In this document: piece after piece, positions 9,232 to 19,385 of the stretch
Layout: each line of letters begins with the position of its first letter
How positions within the stretch are numbered: the stretch's first letter is position 1
Source of the DNA: Patescibacteria group bacterium
Lineage (GTDB): Bacteria; Patescibacteriota; Microgenomatia; Levybacterales; UBA12049
Length of the DNA: 64,000 nt
Assembly (NCBI GenBank): GCA_038064195.1
Contig: JBBTTO010000002.1
Coordinates: forward strand, 630,615 to 694,614
Direction: 5' to 3'
Notes under the pieces: model-generated
Seen by the model: the letters and a program-made list of their open reading frames with translations, nothing else
Databases searched by the model: none
Told to the model about the DNA's origin: nothing
Made by a program: the position numbers and the translations under genes

Positions 9232-11232
9232 TTACTTCCCCTGGAGGCGGCGCACTTGGTCGCGAAGGAGCATCGCAGTCTCAAAATCCAGTCCCTCTGC
9301 TGCAGATTTCATTTCTTTTCTCAGTTGTTTAATTAACTTTTCTTTTTCATCCGGCAGGAGGACATCTTTCTTACCCATCTTGAGGAGAAAATCAACAGAG
9401 GGCTTGCCTTCTTCTTTTTCTTTTTGCTGCTCGATGAGACGGGCGCGGATAGCCTTATCAATGGTGATCGGCGTAATCCCGTGTTTTTCGTTATACGCCA
9501 GCTGGATTTCACGACGCCTTTCGACCTCATCAATTGCCGCTTTCATAGATTTAGTCATATTATCGGCATACATAATGACCTCACTGTCGATATTTCGTGC
9601 GGCTCGCCCCATTGTTTGAATCAGCGATGTACGGCTGCGTAAAAAGCCTTCTTTATCCGCATCAAGTATGGCTACAAGTGTTACTTCCGGGAGATCAAGT
9701 CCTTCACGAAGGAGGTTAATTCCGACCAGGACGTCTACTTCTCCTAGTCTTAATTGGTCGAGGATATCCTGGCGTTCAAGTGTAATAATATCTGAATGAA
9801 GATAGGTTACTTTGATCTGATGTTCCTGGAGGTATGACGAAAGTTCCTCAGCCATACGTTTGGTGAGGGTTGTCACCAGCACACGTTGGTTTTTAGCCGT
9901 CCGTTTTTTGATTTCCTCAAGCAGGTCTTTAATTTGTCCATCAGTCGGCTTGACGATGACTTTCGGATCGACAATACCGGTAGGGCGGATAAGCTGTTCG
10001 GCCACACCACCTGACTCGGAAGCCAAAGATAACTCATACTCTTCAGGAGTGGCTGACACATACACGGCGCGATTGACATGCCGCATGAATTCTTCAAACC
10101 TGAGCGGGCGGTTATCAAGTGCTGAGGGGAGGCGAAAGCCGTAGTCAATGAGTGTTTCTTTACGCGATCTGTCGCCGTTGTACATGCCTCTGATCTGGGG
10201 GAGAGTGATATGAGATTCGTCAACAACAAGCAGCCAGTCTTTAGTACTGTGATCAAAATAGTCAATAAGGGTATAAGGCGGATCTCCCGGCTTGCGTCCG
10301 TCAAAATAAATAGAATAGTTTTCAATCCCGTTGACGTAGCCGACCTCCCGAATCATCTCAAGATCATATTTAGTTCGCTGTTGGATGCGTTGGGCTTCGA
10401 CCAATTTGCCTTGCGACTTAAGGAATTCAACTTGCTTTTCTGTGTCTCTTGTAATGTTTTTAAAAGCCTCGTCATATGTCTTAGGATCAGTCATGTAGTG
10501 TTTGGCAGGATAGATCATAGCTTTGTTCATAACCTGGAGAGTTTCTCCTGTTAAGGGGTCAAATTCCACGATGCTTGTGATCGAATCGGTACCTAGTTCA
10601 ATCCGTATGCCTGTGTCTATGTAGGCCGGGAGGAGCTCTATCGTGCCTCCGCGTACCCTGAACGTACTCCGACGGAACTCATAATCATTACGATCATATT
10701 GCAAGTCAGCAAGACGTACCAGAATGTCACGTTGGGTTATTTTCATTCCCGGTACAAGCTCGAGCACAAATTTCCCGTACTCAACAGGCGAGCCTAGGTT
10801 ATAAATACATGAGACTGATGCGACAACTATCACGTCTTTACGGCTAAGCAAATTGGTGGTCGCAGACAGGCGGAGCTTATCGATTTCTTCATTGATCTCA
10901 GCTTCTTTTTCGATATAGGTATCGCTGCTCGGGACATACGCTTCAGGCTGATAGTAGTCATAGTAAGACACGAAGTAAGAGACAGCGTTATTCGGGAAAA
11001 AGTCCCTGAATTCCTGATAGAGCTGGGCGGCCAGAGTCTTATTATGTGAGATAACCAGTGTCGGCTTTTGGATTTGTTGGATAACATTTGCCATGGTGAA
11101 CGTTTTGCCACTGCCTGTCACGCCGAGGAGAACCTGGTTTTGTTTTTGTGCCTTGAGGCCTTGCGTCAGCTTGGCTATAGCGTCCGGCTGGTCGCCTGTG
11201 GGTTTGAATTTACTGACTAGCTCAAAATCCAT
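9232..11232 (-). CDS. uvrB: excinuclease ABC subunit B
   Basis: Walker [11 protein letters not shown], beta-hairpin [13 protein letters not shown], helicase motifs, and a C-terminal UVR domain ([14 protein letters not shown]). Start taken at MDFELVSKF (11232) rather than the track start 11280. Confidence 0.9.
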   Translation of the reverse strand: MDFELVSKFKPTGDQPDAIAKLTQGLKAQKQNQVLLGVTGSGKTFTMANVIQQIQKPTLVISHNKTLAAQLYQEFRDFFPNNAVSYFVSYYDYYQPEAYVPSSDTYIEKEAEINEEIDKLRLSATTNLLSRKDVIVVASVSCIYNLGSPVEYGKFVLELVPGMKITQRDILVRLADLQYDRNDYEFRRSTFRVRGGTIELLPAYIDTGIRIELGTDSITSIVEFDPLTGETLQVMNKAMIYPAKHYMTDPKTYDEAFKNITRDTEKQVEFLKSQGKLVEAQRIQQRTKYDLEMIREVGYVNGIENYSIYFDGRKPGDPPYTLIDYFDHSTKDWLLVVDESHITLPQIRGMYNGDRSRKETLIDYGFRLPSALDNRPLRFEEFMRHVNRAVYVSATPEEYELSLASESGGVAEQLIRPTGIVDPKVIVKPTDGQIKDLLEEIKKRTAKNQRVLVTTLTKRMAEELSSYLQEHQIKVTYLHSDIITLERQDILDQLRLGEVDVLVGINLLREGLDLPEVTLVAILDADKEGFLRSRTSLIQTMGRAARNIDSEVIMYADNMTKSMKAAIDEVERRREIQLAYNEKHGITPITIDKAIRARLIEQQKEKEEGKPSVDFLLKMGKKDVLLPDEKEKLIKQLRKEMKSAAEGLDFETAMLLRDQVRRLQGK

Positions 11233-11295
11233 GGAGCAATTGTAACATAATATCAACAAAGGTAGGTTTGATATAGACAATAACAGTATGTCTTA

Positions 11296-11325
11296 TTGAC
11301 AAAAATACGCGAAAAGTTCTATGAT
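11296..11325 (+). promoter_or_regulatory. candidate lexA promoter TTGACA-18-TATGAT in the uvrB/lexA divergent spacer
   Basis: Hexamers read directly. No obvious canonical LexA box (CTGT-N8-ACAG or GAAC-N4-GTTC) in 11233..11371. A TTGT-N12-ACAA motif (TTGTAACATAATATCAACAA) is present. Confidence 0.3.
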
Positions 11326-11371
11326 TTTTCTTATACAGTTATTCTGCCCAAATAGATTAACTGCTCACTGT

Positions 11372-12004
11372 ATGCCAGGAGTTTTATACCGCAAAGAAAG
11401 AGAACTACTCACATTTTTAGCCCAATTCCAGTCTAAGAATGGATTTTCCCCGACTCTTCGTGAGATGGCTAATGCCACGGGTCATCGCAGCGTCTCGACC
11501 ATTCATGCTATCATCAGGAATTTAGTTGATAAAGGCTATATCCAAAAAGATGACGGGAACGCCCGTGTGTTGAAGATCAAAGACGAAAATGCTGTGCCGC
11601 TTATCGCTAAGCAAATTCAGCCGTCTGTTGAGTTGCCCCTGATGGGTTTTATAGCTGCCGGACAGCCTTTAGAGCCGCATACGGATCCCAATGCATCGTT
11701 CCAGGTCTCAGCCTCCATGTTATCCGGGAAAAATACGTCGTATGTCCTTCAGGTCAAAGGCGAGTCCATGATAGAGGAGGGAATCTTAGACGGAGACTAT
11801 GTAGTCATCGAAAAAGTCAGCACGGCGACTAACGGCGAGATAGTTGTAGCACTCGTTGATGACAATTTAGCCACGCTTAAGAAATTTTATAAAGAAGATG
11901 GAAGAATAGTACTCAAGCCGGCTAACTCCAAGATGGAGCCTATCTATCCGGGAAGCCTCCGTATTCAAGGCCGAGTCGTCGGCCTCGTCCGCCGTTACCA
12001 ATAA
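11372..12004 (+). CDS. lexA: LexA repressor (S24 peptidase)
   Basis: N-terminal wHTH (RELLTFLAQFQSKNGFSPTLREMANATGHRSVSTIHAIIRNLVDKGYI). C-terminal S24 domain with Ser (VKGESMIEEGI) and Lys (ATLKKFY) catalytic motifs. Divergent from uvrB. Confidence 0.8.
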   Translation: MPGVLYRKERELLTFLAQFQSKNGFSPTLREMANATGHRSVSTIHAIIRNLVDKGYIQKDDGNARVLKIKDENAVPLIAKQIQPSVELPLMGFIAAGQPLEPHTDPNASFQVSASMLSGKNTSYVLQVKGESMIEEGILDGDYVVIEKVSTATNGEIVVALVDDNLATLKKFYKEDGRIVLKPANSKMEPIYPGSLRIQGRVVGLVRRYQ

Positions 12005-12036
12005 TTATTTGTTACCAAACATGCTATAATTTCCCC

Positions 12037-12642
12037 ATGATCAAAGCTGGAATTTTTGATATTGGTGGCGTTCTTTTGAGGTGGACAAATTTACCTCTCT
12101 TTGAAGATATAGATCAGACACTCCTGATTACCGAGGAGCAAAGAAATGAGCACTGGCTCAAATACATGAATCTTCTTGAAGTTGGAAAGATTACGGAGAA
12201 AGAATTTTGGGAAGGATTTATAAAGGATACAGGAGCCAAAGGTGAACTTCCTGAAGAATCCCTGCTTCAAAGACGGTTTAAAGAACGCCTCACCATTGAT
12301 GAGGAGGTACTTAAAATCCCCCATGAGCTGAAGGGAAAAGGACATAAAATTGCCATTATTTCCAATACCATAACTCCTCATGCTGAGGCGATGAAGGCTA
12401 CCACGCTTTTTTCAGGATTTGATGTTGTCGTTCTTTCTAATGAAATAGGTCACCGTAAGCCGGGCAACGAGATATTTGAGCTGACTCTTTCGCGGCTGGG
12501 AGTTGCCCCTGAGGAATCATTTTTTGTTGATGATTTGCCGGTTAATGCGGACGCGGCTTCAGCCTTCGGCATACACGGGATAGTCTTTCATGACAGAGAT
12601 CAGTTGCGCCGGGAAATTACAAAGCTTGGGGTGAAAATCTGA
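12037..12642 (+). CDS. HAD superfamily hydrolase
   Basis: N-terminal DxG motif (GIFDIGGVLL), motif III K…, and a C-terminal DD (FVDDLPVN). Confidence 0.7.
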   Translation: MIKAGIFDIGGVLLRWTNLPLFEDIDQTLLITEEQRNEHWLKYMNLLEVGKITEKEFWEGFIKDTGAKGELPEESLLQRRFKERLTIDEEVLKIPHELKGKGHKIAIISNTITPHAEAMKATTLFSGFDVVVLSNEIGHRKPGNEIFELTLSRLGVAPEESFFVDDLPVNADAASAFGIHGIVFHDRDQLRREITKLGVKI

Positions 12643-13376
12643 TGGGTACATTATTTATTGTAGCGACACCGCTTGGTAACCTTGAGGACATTACGATTCG
12701 CGCTATCAAAACTCTCTTCTCAGTTGACGGTATAGCCTGTGAAGATACCCGAAAGACTGGCCAGCTACTTCGTGAGCTCCAAAAACGTTATCCTGAGTTG
12801 GCTACCCCGCAAAACGGCGAAAAATTCCAGCGCATGCTCTCGTACTATGAAGAGAATGAAAAGCAGCGTATTCCCGAGCTAATCACTGCGCTGAAAAACG
12901 GGCTGAATATCGCCTTGGTCTCAGATGCCGGGACCCCCACAGTCTCAGATCCGGGCTTTCGTCTTGTCCGTGAATGTGTGAAGGAGGGGATCGCAGTTGA
13001 TTCACTTCCGGGGCCGTCATCAGTAATTCTCGCCCTCACACTTTCAGGTCTTCCGACTGATAAATTCACATTTCTTGGCTATCCACCGCGAAAGCCGGGT
13101 CATCGCAAAACGTTTTTTACCAAAGCTAAAAACTCTCAGGAAGATGTTTCAAGTACCATGATATTTTTTGAAGCTCCCCATCGCATGCTGCAGTTTTTGG
13201 AGGAGTTACTTGAGGTTTTCGGTGATATTCACATCGTCATTTGCCGCGAAATGACAAAAATCCATCAGGAAATCAGACGGGAGTTGATCTCACAGTCGCT
13301 GACCCACTTCAAAAAAACATTCCCTAAGGGTGAATTTGTCGTTTTGTTGAATCTTCATGAACAGCCTGAGGCTTAA
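12642..13376 (+). CDS. rsmI: 16S rRNA (cytidine1402-2'-O)-methyltransferase
   Basis: LFIVATPLGNLEDITIRAIKTL…ACEDTRKTGQLL and the tetrapyrrole-methylase fold motifs typical of RsmI. Confidence 0.85.
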   Translation: MGTLFIVATPLGNLEDITIRAIKTLFSVDGIACEDTRKTGQLLRELQKRYPELATPQNGEKFQRMLSYYEENEKQRIPELITALKNGLNIALVSDAGTPTVSDPGFRLVRECVKEGIAVDSLPGPSSVILALTLSGLPTDKFTFLGYPPRKPGHRKTFFTKAKNSQEDVSSTMIFFEAPHRMLQFLEELLEVFGDIHIVICREMTKIHQEIRRELISQSLTHFKKTFPKGEFVVLLNLHEQPEA

Positions 13377-15076
13377 TAATCTTCAAGCGTTGATGTGTCA
13401 CCGATTGGCTGGCCGAGCTCTTTGGCTTTTAAAATTCTCCTCATAATCTTCCCTGATCTGGTTTTTGGCAATGCAGCGATAAATTCTATCTCGCGCGGAT
13501 AGGCGTGATCTGCCAAATGCTTCTTGACGTGTTCCTGAAGTCTGGTTTTCAGATCATCAGATCCTTCAACGCCTTCTTTCAGCACCACAAAAGCTTTGAT
13601 TATCTGACCCCGGACTGCGTCCGGCTTACCGATTACCCCCGCCTCAATTACCCCCGGGTAACTGATGAGCGCTGACTCCACCTCAAAAGGGCCGACGCGC
13701 TCACCGCTGGTGTTGATCACATCGTCTGCTCTCCCGATAAACCAGTAATAACCATCAGTATCTTTCTTAGCGCGATCTCCTGATATATACCAGCCCGCAT
13801 TGGCTACGCCAGAAGCGTTGCTGGCGGGCCAACCGTTGATAAAGTAAGAATCGTATTTTTCCTGATTTTGCCAGACTGTCCGCATAAGTGATGGCCAAGG
13901 GGGTTTGATAGCGAGATTTCCTTCAGAATTGGCGGGAAGTATATTCCCCTGGTCATCTACAATTGCCGCTTCAATCCAGGGCAAAGGCTTGCCCATCGAG
14001 CCCGGCTTGAGAGGGAGATCCGGGGTATTGGCAATCATAATCGAACCTGTCTCTGTCTGCCACCAGGTATCATGAAAATAGTTACCATGGAATACTTTTT
14101 GACTCCAAAGTAACGGTTCAGGATTGAGCGGCTCACCAACTGATGCTAAGTAGCGAAGAGCTGAGAGATCAAATGTAGCGAGAAACTCGTCTCCTTTAGC
14201 CATCAGCATACGAATAGCAGTCGGAGCGGTGTACCAGACGGTGATTTTATGCTTTTGCAGCAGGGAATACCAGATCCGGGGATCGAACTTGCCGTTGTGA
14301 ACAAAGATTGTTGTGCCGATTGACAGGGGGGCTAAGATGCCATAGACAATTCCTGTTACCCAACCGGGATCGGCCGTACACCAATAGATATCCTGAGGCT
14401 CAAGGGTGAGGCAAAGTCTGGCGCTCTCTACTTGCTGAACGAGCCCTGCGTGTGCATGCATGATACCCTTAGGATGGCCGGTCGTACCTGAGGTATAGAG
14501 CATGAAAGCATAGTCCTCCGGTCTGGTGTGAATGACAGAAAACACGTCTGAGGCTCCGGCCAGTTCTTGCTGATAAGCCGGATCGTCCACAATGAAGATA
14601 TACTCAAGATTAGGGAGTTCGTCTTTAACTGCGATAATTCGTTCAGAGAGCTCCTTAGTAGTAAATACTGCTTTTGCTTTAGCATTACCCAGTCTGTCTT
14701 TGAGTGCATCTGAGCCGAAGGCCGAGAACATTGTACCCGCGATAGCACCTGTTTTGACAATTCCGAGGAAGTTAATATATAGCTCAGGGACACGGGGGAG
14801 GAAAAGGAACACCCGGTCACCTTTATTGACAGCCTTGGCTGAAAGCAAATTAGCAATTTTGTTACTGGCCTTGCTCAGATCCTCATACGTATATTCTCTT
14901 ATTTTACCGTTGTCATCTTCAACAATGAGTGCCTTTTTATTTCCGTTCCCCTCTAGCAAATGCTTGTCCAGCACCGCGTGCGCGATATTAAGGTTGCCGT
15001 CGTTAAAAAGGCTTAGTAAATGTGATTTTTCGTCCCAGCTAAACTGAGTCATAATATTAGCCCTACCAAATTGCAA
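13373..15076 (-). CDS. acs: acetyl-CoA synthetase-like AMP-forming ligase
   Basis: YTSGTTGHPKG P-loop, DTWWQTETG, and the C-terminal GKIMRR of the ANL superfamily. Start may be the internal M (MTQFSW…, ~15052). Confidence 0.75.
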   Translation of the reverse strand: MQFGRANIMTQFSWDEKSHLLSLFNDGNLNIAHAVLDKHLLEGNGNKKALIVEDDNGKIREYTYEDLSKASNKIANLLSAKAVNKGDRVFLFLPRVPELYINFLGIVKTGAIAGTMFSAFGSDALKDRLGNAKAKAVFTTKELSERIIAVKDELPNLEYIFIVDDPAYQQELAGASDVFSVIHTRPEDYAFMLYTSGTTGHPKGIMHAHAGLVQQVESARLCLTLEPQDIYWCTADPGWVTGIVYGILAPLSIGTTIFVHNGKFDPRIWYSLLQKHKITVWYTAPTAIRMLMAKGDEFLATFDLSALRYLASVGEPLNPEPLLWSQKVFHGNYFHDTWWQTETGSIMIANTPDLPLKPGSMGKPLPWIEAAIVDDQGNILPANSEGNLAIKPPWPSLMRTVWQNQEKYDSYFINGWPASNASGVANAGWYISGDRAKKDTDGYYWFIGRADDVINTSGERVGPFEVESALISYPGVIEAGVIGKPDAVRGQIIKAFVVLKEGVEGSDDLKTRLQEHVKKHLADHAYPREIEFIAALPKTRSGKIMRRILKAKELGQPIGDTSTLEDY

Positions 15077-15078
15077 TG

Positions 15079-16359
15079 CTAGCGGCCAGCCTCAGGTGTC
15101 CTAGCCTGCTGGAGTTGAGCTTCGATCTGGAGAAGACGATTGTACTTGGTTACCCGCTCACCTCTGGCCGGCCCGCCGAATTTAACGTAATCGGCAGCCA
15201 CAGCGACGGAAAAATCTGCAATAAAATCATCGTTAGTGTCCCCGCTGCGGTGTGAGACGATGATTTTAAGACCCGCATGTCTGGCTATCTCCACAACTGC
15301 TAAGGCCTCAATGACAGTGCCAATCTGGTTTGGCTTGATGACCAGCCCGTTAATAGCTGTTTTGTTGAGTGCCATCTGTAGTCTGACTGGGTTGGTAGCT
15401 GTAAGATCATCCCCGACGACGAGGGAATGCTGGCTGAGTTTTGGCAAAATTTCTGTCCAGCCTTCCCAATCATCTTCGCCTAATGGATCTTCAAGATAGA
15501 GAATATGATATTTTTTTATCATTTCCTCATAGAATGCGATCAGCTCAGACGACTTCATGGCTGAAGGTTTGTCCTTGATTTTATAGAGCTGATCGGCATA
15601 AAAATTTTTAGCGGAGGCATCTACCCCGATGAATATGTCATATCCCAGCCTCCAACTGGCGCTTGAAACTGCTTGCTCTATCAACTCAAAAGCATCTTCA
15701 TTCTTTTCAAATATCGGCGCAAATCCGCCTTCGTCCCCTATAGTTGTTCCCCGATGGTTTTTTGCCAGTACTTTCCTGATATTACGATAAACCGCTACCC
15801 CCATTCCCAGCGACTCGGAAAATGACTGATAGGTAGCAGGAATGACCAAAAATTCCTGAAGATCAATATTATTACCGGCATGAAGCCCTCCATTGATCAA
15901 GCTCATGGCGGGAGTCGGTATTTTCAGAGGGAGATTTTCCTTCGCTATATAATTGCGGAGATACAGAAAAAGTGGAAGAGACTGGCTTTTAGCAGCAGCT
16001 TTAGCCACAGCTTGTGAGACAGCGTAAGTAGTATTACCCCCCAATTTTGATTTTGTAATAGTGCCGTCAAGATCTATCAGTGTCCTGTCGACATACTGCT
16101 GGTTAGACGCGTCCATACCCATGAGTGCGGGAGATATCACCTCCTGAATATTCTGTATGCCCCGCAGAACTCCCATACCCTCGTATTGATTAGGATCTCC
16201 GTCCCGTATTTCAAAAGCCTCATAGGAACTTTTTGAGGTACCGCTGGGAGAGGAAGCGGTGGCGGTCGTTCCGTCACTTAAGCCTGCAGTTACCTCTATA
16301 GTCGGAATACCGCGTGAATCAAGTATTTGTCGAGCCAGGAGTTGTTTAATTGTTGCCAT
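15079..16359 (-). CDS. eno: enolase
   Basis: MATIKQLLARQILDSRGIPTIEVT…, a full-length enolase signature. Confidence 0.9.
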   Translation of the reverse strand: MATIKQLLARQILDSRGIPTIEVTAGLSDGTTATASSPSGTSKSSYEAFEIRDGDPNQYEGMGVLRGIQNIQEVISPALMGMDASNQQYVDRTLIDLDGTITKSKLGGNTTYAVSQAVAKAAAKSQSLPLFLYLRNYIAKENLPLKIPTPAMSLINGGLHAGNNIDLQEFLVIPATYQSFSESLGMGVAVYRNIRKVLAKNHRGTTIGDEGGFAPIFEKNEDAFELIEQAVSSASWRLGYDIFIGVDASAKNFYADQLYKIKDKPSAMKSSELIAFYEEMIKKYHILYLEDPLGEDDWEGWTEILPKLSQHSLVVGDDLTATNPVRLQMALNKTAINGLVIKPNQIGTVIEALAVVEIARHAGLKIIVSHRSGDTNDDFIADFSVAVAADYVKFGGPARGERVTKYNRLLQIEAQLQQARTPEAGR

Positions 16360-16362
16360 AGG

Positions 16363-18627
16363 TTATTTAGTGAGTTTATTTTCAATATCTGCAATAGTCC
16401 TGCGTACCGAGTCGATAGCATCCGGGGAGACTGAGACACTTGTCACACCCCATTCCACAAGTTTCTCCACTAGTTTTGGGTAGAGTGAAGGAGCCTGCCC
16501 ACAAATTGATGAGGTAATATGATATTTGTGGGCAATTTTGATAGCGCGCTCAAGCGCCCAGAGCACCGCCTCATTTTGTTCGTCAAATTCCTGGGCTACT
16601 TCGCTATTATCCCGATCTGTTCCAAGGATGAGCATGGTCAGATCGTTGGAGCCGATTGAGATACCGTCAATGCCTTCTTCAATAAATTTGTCAAGGAGAA
16701 TAATGTTGGAGGGAATCTCAACCATCATCCATAGCTTAAAAGTCGGCGAGCGGTGGAGATCATTTTTAGCCAAAATCTTTTTAACCTCCTGAAGTTCCTT
16801 AACTGTTCTGACAAATGGCAGCATGAGAGACAGATTTTTAAGATTTTTCCTGTTACGCACCAGCTTGATCGCATCGAGTTCAAGTTTGAAAACCTCCGGG
16901 TCGTGAATATAGCGGAACGCTCCCCTGTACCCAAGCATAGGATTAGGCTCCACAGGCTCGTAACTTTTACCGCCGATAAGCCCCCTGTATTCATTGGTTT
17001 TAAAGTCCGATGCCCTATACACAACCGGCCGGGGGCTAAAAGCCGAGCAAAACTTTTCAAGTGCGTCTGCTAAAGTTTGGACAAAGACGTCTTTTTTACC
17101 GTCGTGAATGAGTTTTTTTGGGTGGGTTCCGATATTTGCCATGATGAATTCAGCACGAAGCAATCCGATACCGTCTACCTGCTGGGAAGCTACTTTTTCC
17201 GCCAGATCAGGCTGAGCCAAATTGACGTAGACACGGGTTGCGGTCTTAATGTGCTCTGTCGGGATGATTGACTGGGTGGTAGGTGGGGACTTGGAGAGAC
17301 CGCCTTTATAAACTTCACCTAACGCACCGTTAACGGTGACGACCATGTCTGGTTTTAGTATCTCAGTTGCGTTTTCCGTTCCGACGACAGCCGGTATCCC
17401 GAGCTCACGCGAGACAATGGCGGCATGTGAGGTCCGCCCGCCCTTGTCAGTAACAATTGCCACGGCTTTCTTCATTCCAGGAACAAAGTCAGGGTTGGTT
17501 TGAGGAGCGACCATGATATCCCCGGGCATCATTTTATTTAAGTCTCCTGCGGATCTGATAATTTTGACAGGACCTGATGCTATACCGGGGGAGGCGGGAG
17601 CGCCTTTAGTAAGCAATGGGAGATGCCGTGTCTCCTCGCTATGGCTCTCAACTTTTTTGGTTGAGATAGTAGTAATCGGTCTTGTCTGGACAATAAACGG
17701 CTTATTATCAACAACAGCCCACTCGATGTCCTGGGGGAAATAATAATGCCTTTCAAGTTTTTTGCCTAAAATTGCCAAATCGAGAATAAGATTGTCACTG
17801 ATTTTTTGCTTTTTACCTTCTTTCTTCTGAATTTTGACCTCTTTATTAACTCCTCTGACTTTTACCAGCTTAATGTGTTGCTCAGCGACTTGCTTTTGCA
17901 TGATTGTCATTTTAGCTTTATCAATTTCGTAGTGATCAGGCGTGACTTCTCCCTGTACGATCAATTCCCCCAGACCGTAGATTGCCTCAATAACGAGCTT
18001 GGATTTCTCATTGGTGACAGGGTCGATGGTGAACATGATACCGGAGCGCTCAGACTCAATCATTTTCTGTACAACAATTGCAATTCCGACGCGGAAATGG
18101 TCAAATTTCTGTTCGTGGCGATAGAATATAGCCCGAGCGTCAAAAAGAGAGGCCCAGGCTTCTTTAATTTTAAGAATAAGGTTACTGTCACCAAGGACAT
18201 TAAGAAAAGTCTCCTGTTGTCCGGCAAAGGATGCACCCGGAAGGTCTTCAGCTGTGGCGCTGGAACGGACGGCGACTAATGCGTCTCCCAGTCTGCCGCT
18301 GAGAGTGCCGTAAGCAGTAAATACCTCATGTGTGAGTGTCTCACTGATCTCCTCATGCATAATCATCTTTTTGATATGATCTGAGACTTGCTGGAGGGAT
18401 TCCTGTCTGTCAAAATTAATTGTTCCGAGAAGATGATTTATCTTGGTTGTTAAATTATGATCTTTGAGGAATTGAAAGTAGGCCTGCGCGGTAACGATAA
18501 ATCCCGGGGGGACAGGGAAGCCTGCCTGAGTCATTTCGCCTAAATTGGCACCTTTGCCACCTACACGAGGAATGTCGTCTTTATCGACATCCTTAAACCA
18601 CAACAGTAACGAGCTCTTTTCGGGCAT
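16363..18627 (-). CDS. ppsA: phosphoenolpyruvate synthase (pyruvate, water dikinase)
   Basis: 754 aa. N-terminal ATP-grasp-like domain, central phospho-His domain (GGRTSHAAIVSRELGIPAVVG), C-terminal PEP-utilising TIM barrel. Confidence 0.85.
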   Translation of the reverse strand: MPEKSSLLLWFKDVDKDDIPRVGGKGANLGEMTQAGFPVPPGFIVTAQAYFQFLKDHNLTTKINHLLGTINFDRQESLQQVSDHIKKMIMHEEISETLTHEVFTAYGTLSGRLGDALVAVRSSATAEDLPGASFAGQQETFLNVLGDSNLILKIKEAWASLFDARAIFYRHEQKFDHFRVGIAIVVQKMIESERSGIMFTIDPVTNEKSKLVIEAIYGLGELIVQGEVTPDHYEIDKAKMTIMQKQVAEQHIKLVKVRGVNKEVKIQKKEGKKQKISDNLILDLAILGKKLERHYYFPQDIEWAVVDNKPFIVQTRPITTISTKKVESHSEETRHLPLLTKGAPASPGIASGPVKIIRSAGDLNKMMPGDIMVAPQTNPDFVPGMKKAVAIVTDKGGRTSHAAIVSRELGIPAVVGTENATEILKPDMVVTVNGALGEVYKGGLSKSPPTTQSIIPTEHIKTATRVYVNLAQPDLAEKVASQQVDGIGLLRAEFIMANIGTHPKKLIHDGKKDVFVQTLADALEKFCSAFSPRPVVYRASDFKTNEYRGLIGGKSYEPVEPNPMLGYRGAFRYIHDPEVFKLELDAIKLVRNRKNLKNLSLMLPFVRTVKELQEVKKILAKNDLHRSPTFKLWMMVEIPSNIILLDKFIEEGIDGISIGSNDLTMLILGTDRDNSEVAQEFDEQNEAVLWALERAIKIAHKYHITSSICGQAPSLYPKLVEKLVEWGVTSVSVSPDAIDSVRRTIADIENKLTK

Positions 18628-18676
18628 TAATTACATTATGAGATGAGATCTTTAAAATAGCAAGATATCTGAGAAC

Positions 18677-18709
18677 GAAAAACGCCCCCGAGCTGATAGC
18701 CAGGGGGCG
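18677..18709 (-). terminator. intrinsic terminator (CGCCCCC/GGGGGCG stem, 13-nt loop, T5 on minus strand) downstream of 18735..19151
   Basis: The reverse complement reads CGCCCCCTGGCTATCAGCTCGGGGGCGTTTTT. Confidence 0.5.
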
Positions 18710-18734
18710 TGTGAATTGACGTGAAAGTGGTAGG

Positions 18735-19151
18735 TTAGGCGATGACGTGGACCTTCCTGCTCATGAGCTCGGCGGCGTTGTTGATGAGCTCATCTAAAGA
18801 GCTGGAAACGATTACGTTTTCCGGTTGCTCTTCACCGAGCATTGGATTGTCCGATGGATCGAATACCAGTTGCTTCGTTGAAGCTCTCCTCGAGATGCTT
18901 TCAAAGTCATCAAGGTAAGTTTTCCAGTCGTTGCCGGTGAACCAGCCCCTGATGATCAGGATGGCATTGATTTTGCTTTGTTTTCCCTTCAAGGGAGCAA
19001 CGAGCACACGACCATCCGCATTGGAGACACCTTTTTTTTTGAGGCGAGCCACGACCTCGTCTCGCTGTGAACCTTCCGGATTCATCAGCACAAGGACTCG
19101 ATCCATGTAGCCTTGAGCAACTGGTCCGCTTGGATCAGTTTTCATTGTCAC
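18735..19151 (-). CDS. hypothetical protein (locally GC-rich gene)
   Basis: 138 aa with a GTG start (ATG 6 nt in). No motif recognised. Noticeably higher GC than its neighbours, with a 234-nt non-coding region upstream (19152..19385). Confidence 0.45.
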   Translation of the reverse strand: MTMKTDPSGPVAQGYMDRVLVLMNPEGSQRDEVVARLKKKGVSNADGRVLVAPLKGKQSKINAILIIRGWFTGNDWKTYLDDFESISRRASTKQLVFDPSDNPMLGEEQPENVIVSSSLDELINNAAELMSRKVHVIA

Positions 19152-19385
19152 GGTTTTTCTCCCCCTCGTACTATTACCACTCTCGTGAGCGGCCCTTGCA
19201 AATCCGATGTTCTCGGACCTCTAAGCGCCGCTTACGAGTAAACCACTTTCAACGTGCAAAAACTAAAAACTCCTCATTGTCGTTCTTGAAGCGTATATCA
19301 AGAGGAATAGTGAGAAAGTTGTAGGAGAAGTATAGAGGGTTTGTTAGGGAAATGCAACTATAGGCTGTTGTTGAGCTGATTAGAT

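Noticed and set aside
9333-9642. Small ORFs antisense to uvrB (9333..9533, 9380..9619, 9424..9642) and many similar 60–160-aa ORFs inside pps, eno, acs, uvrA, pyk
   Set aside because: Fully nested in or antisense to well-supported conserved genes, with low-complexity or atypical composition. Treated as six-frame noise.
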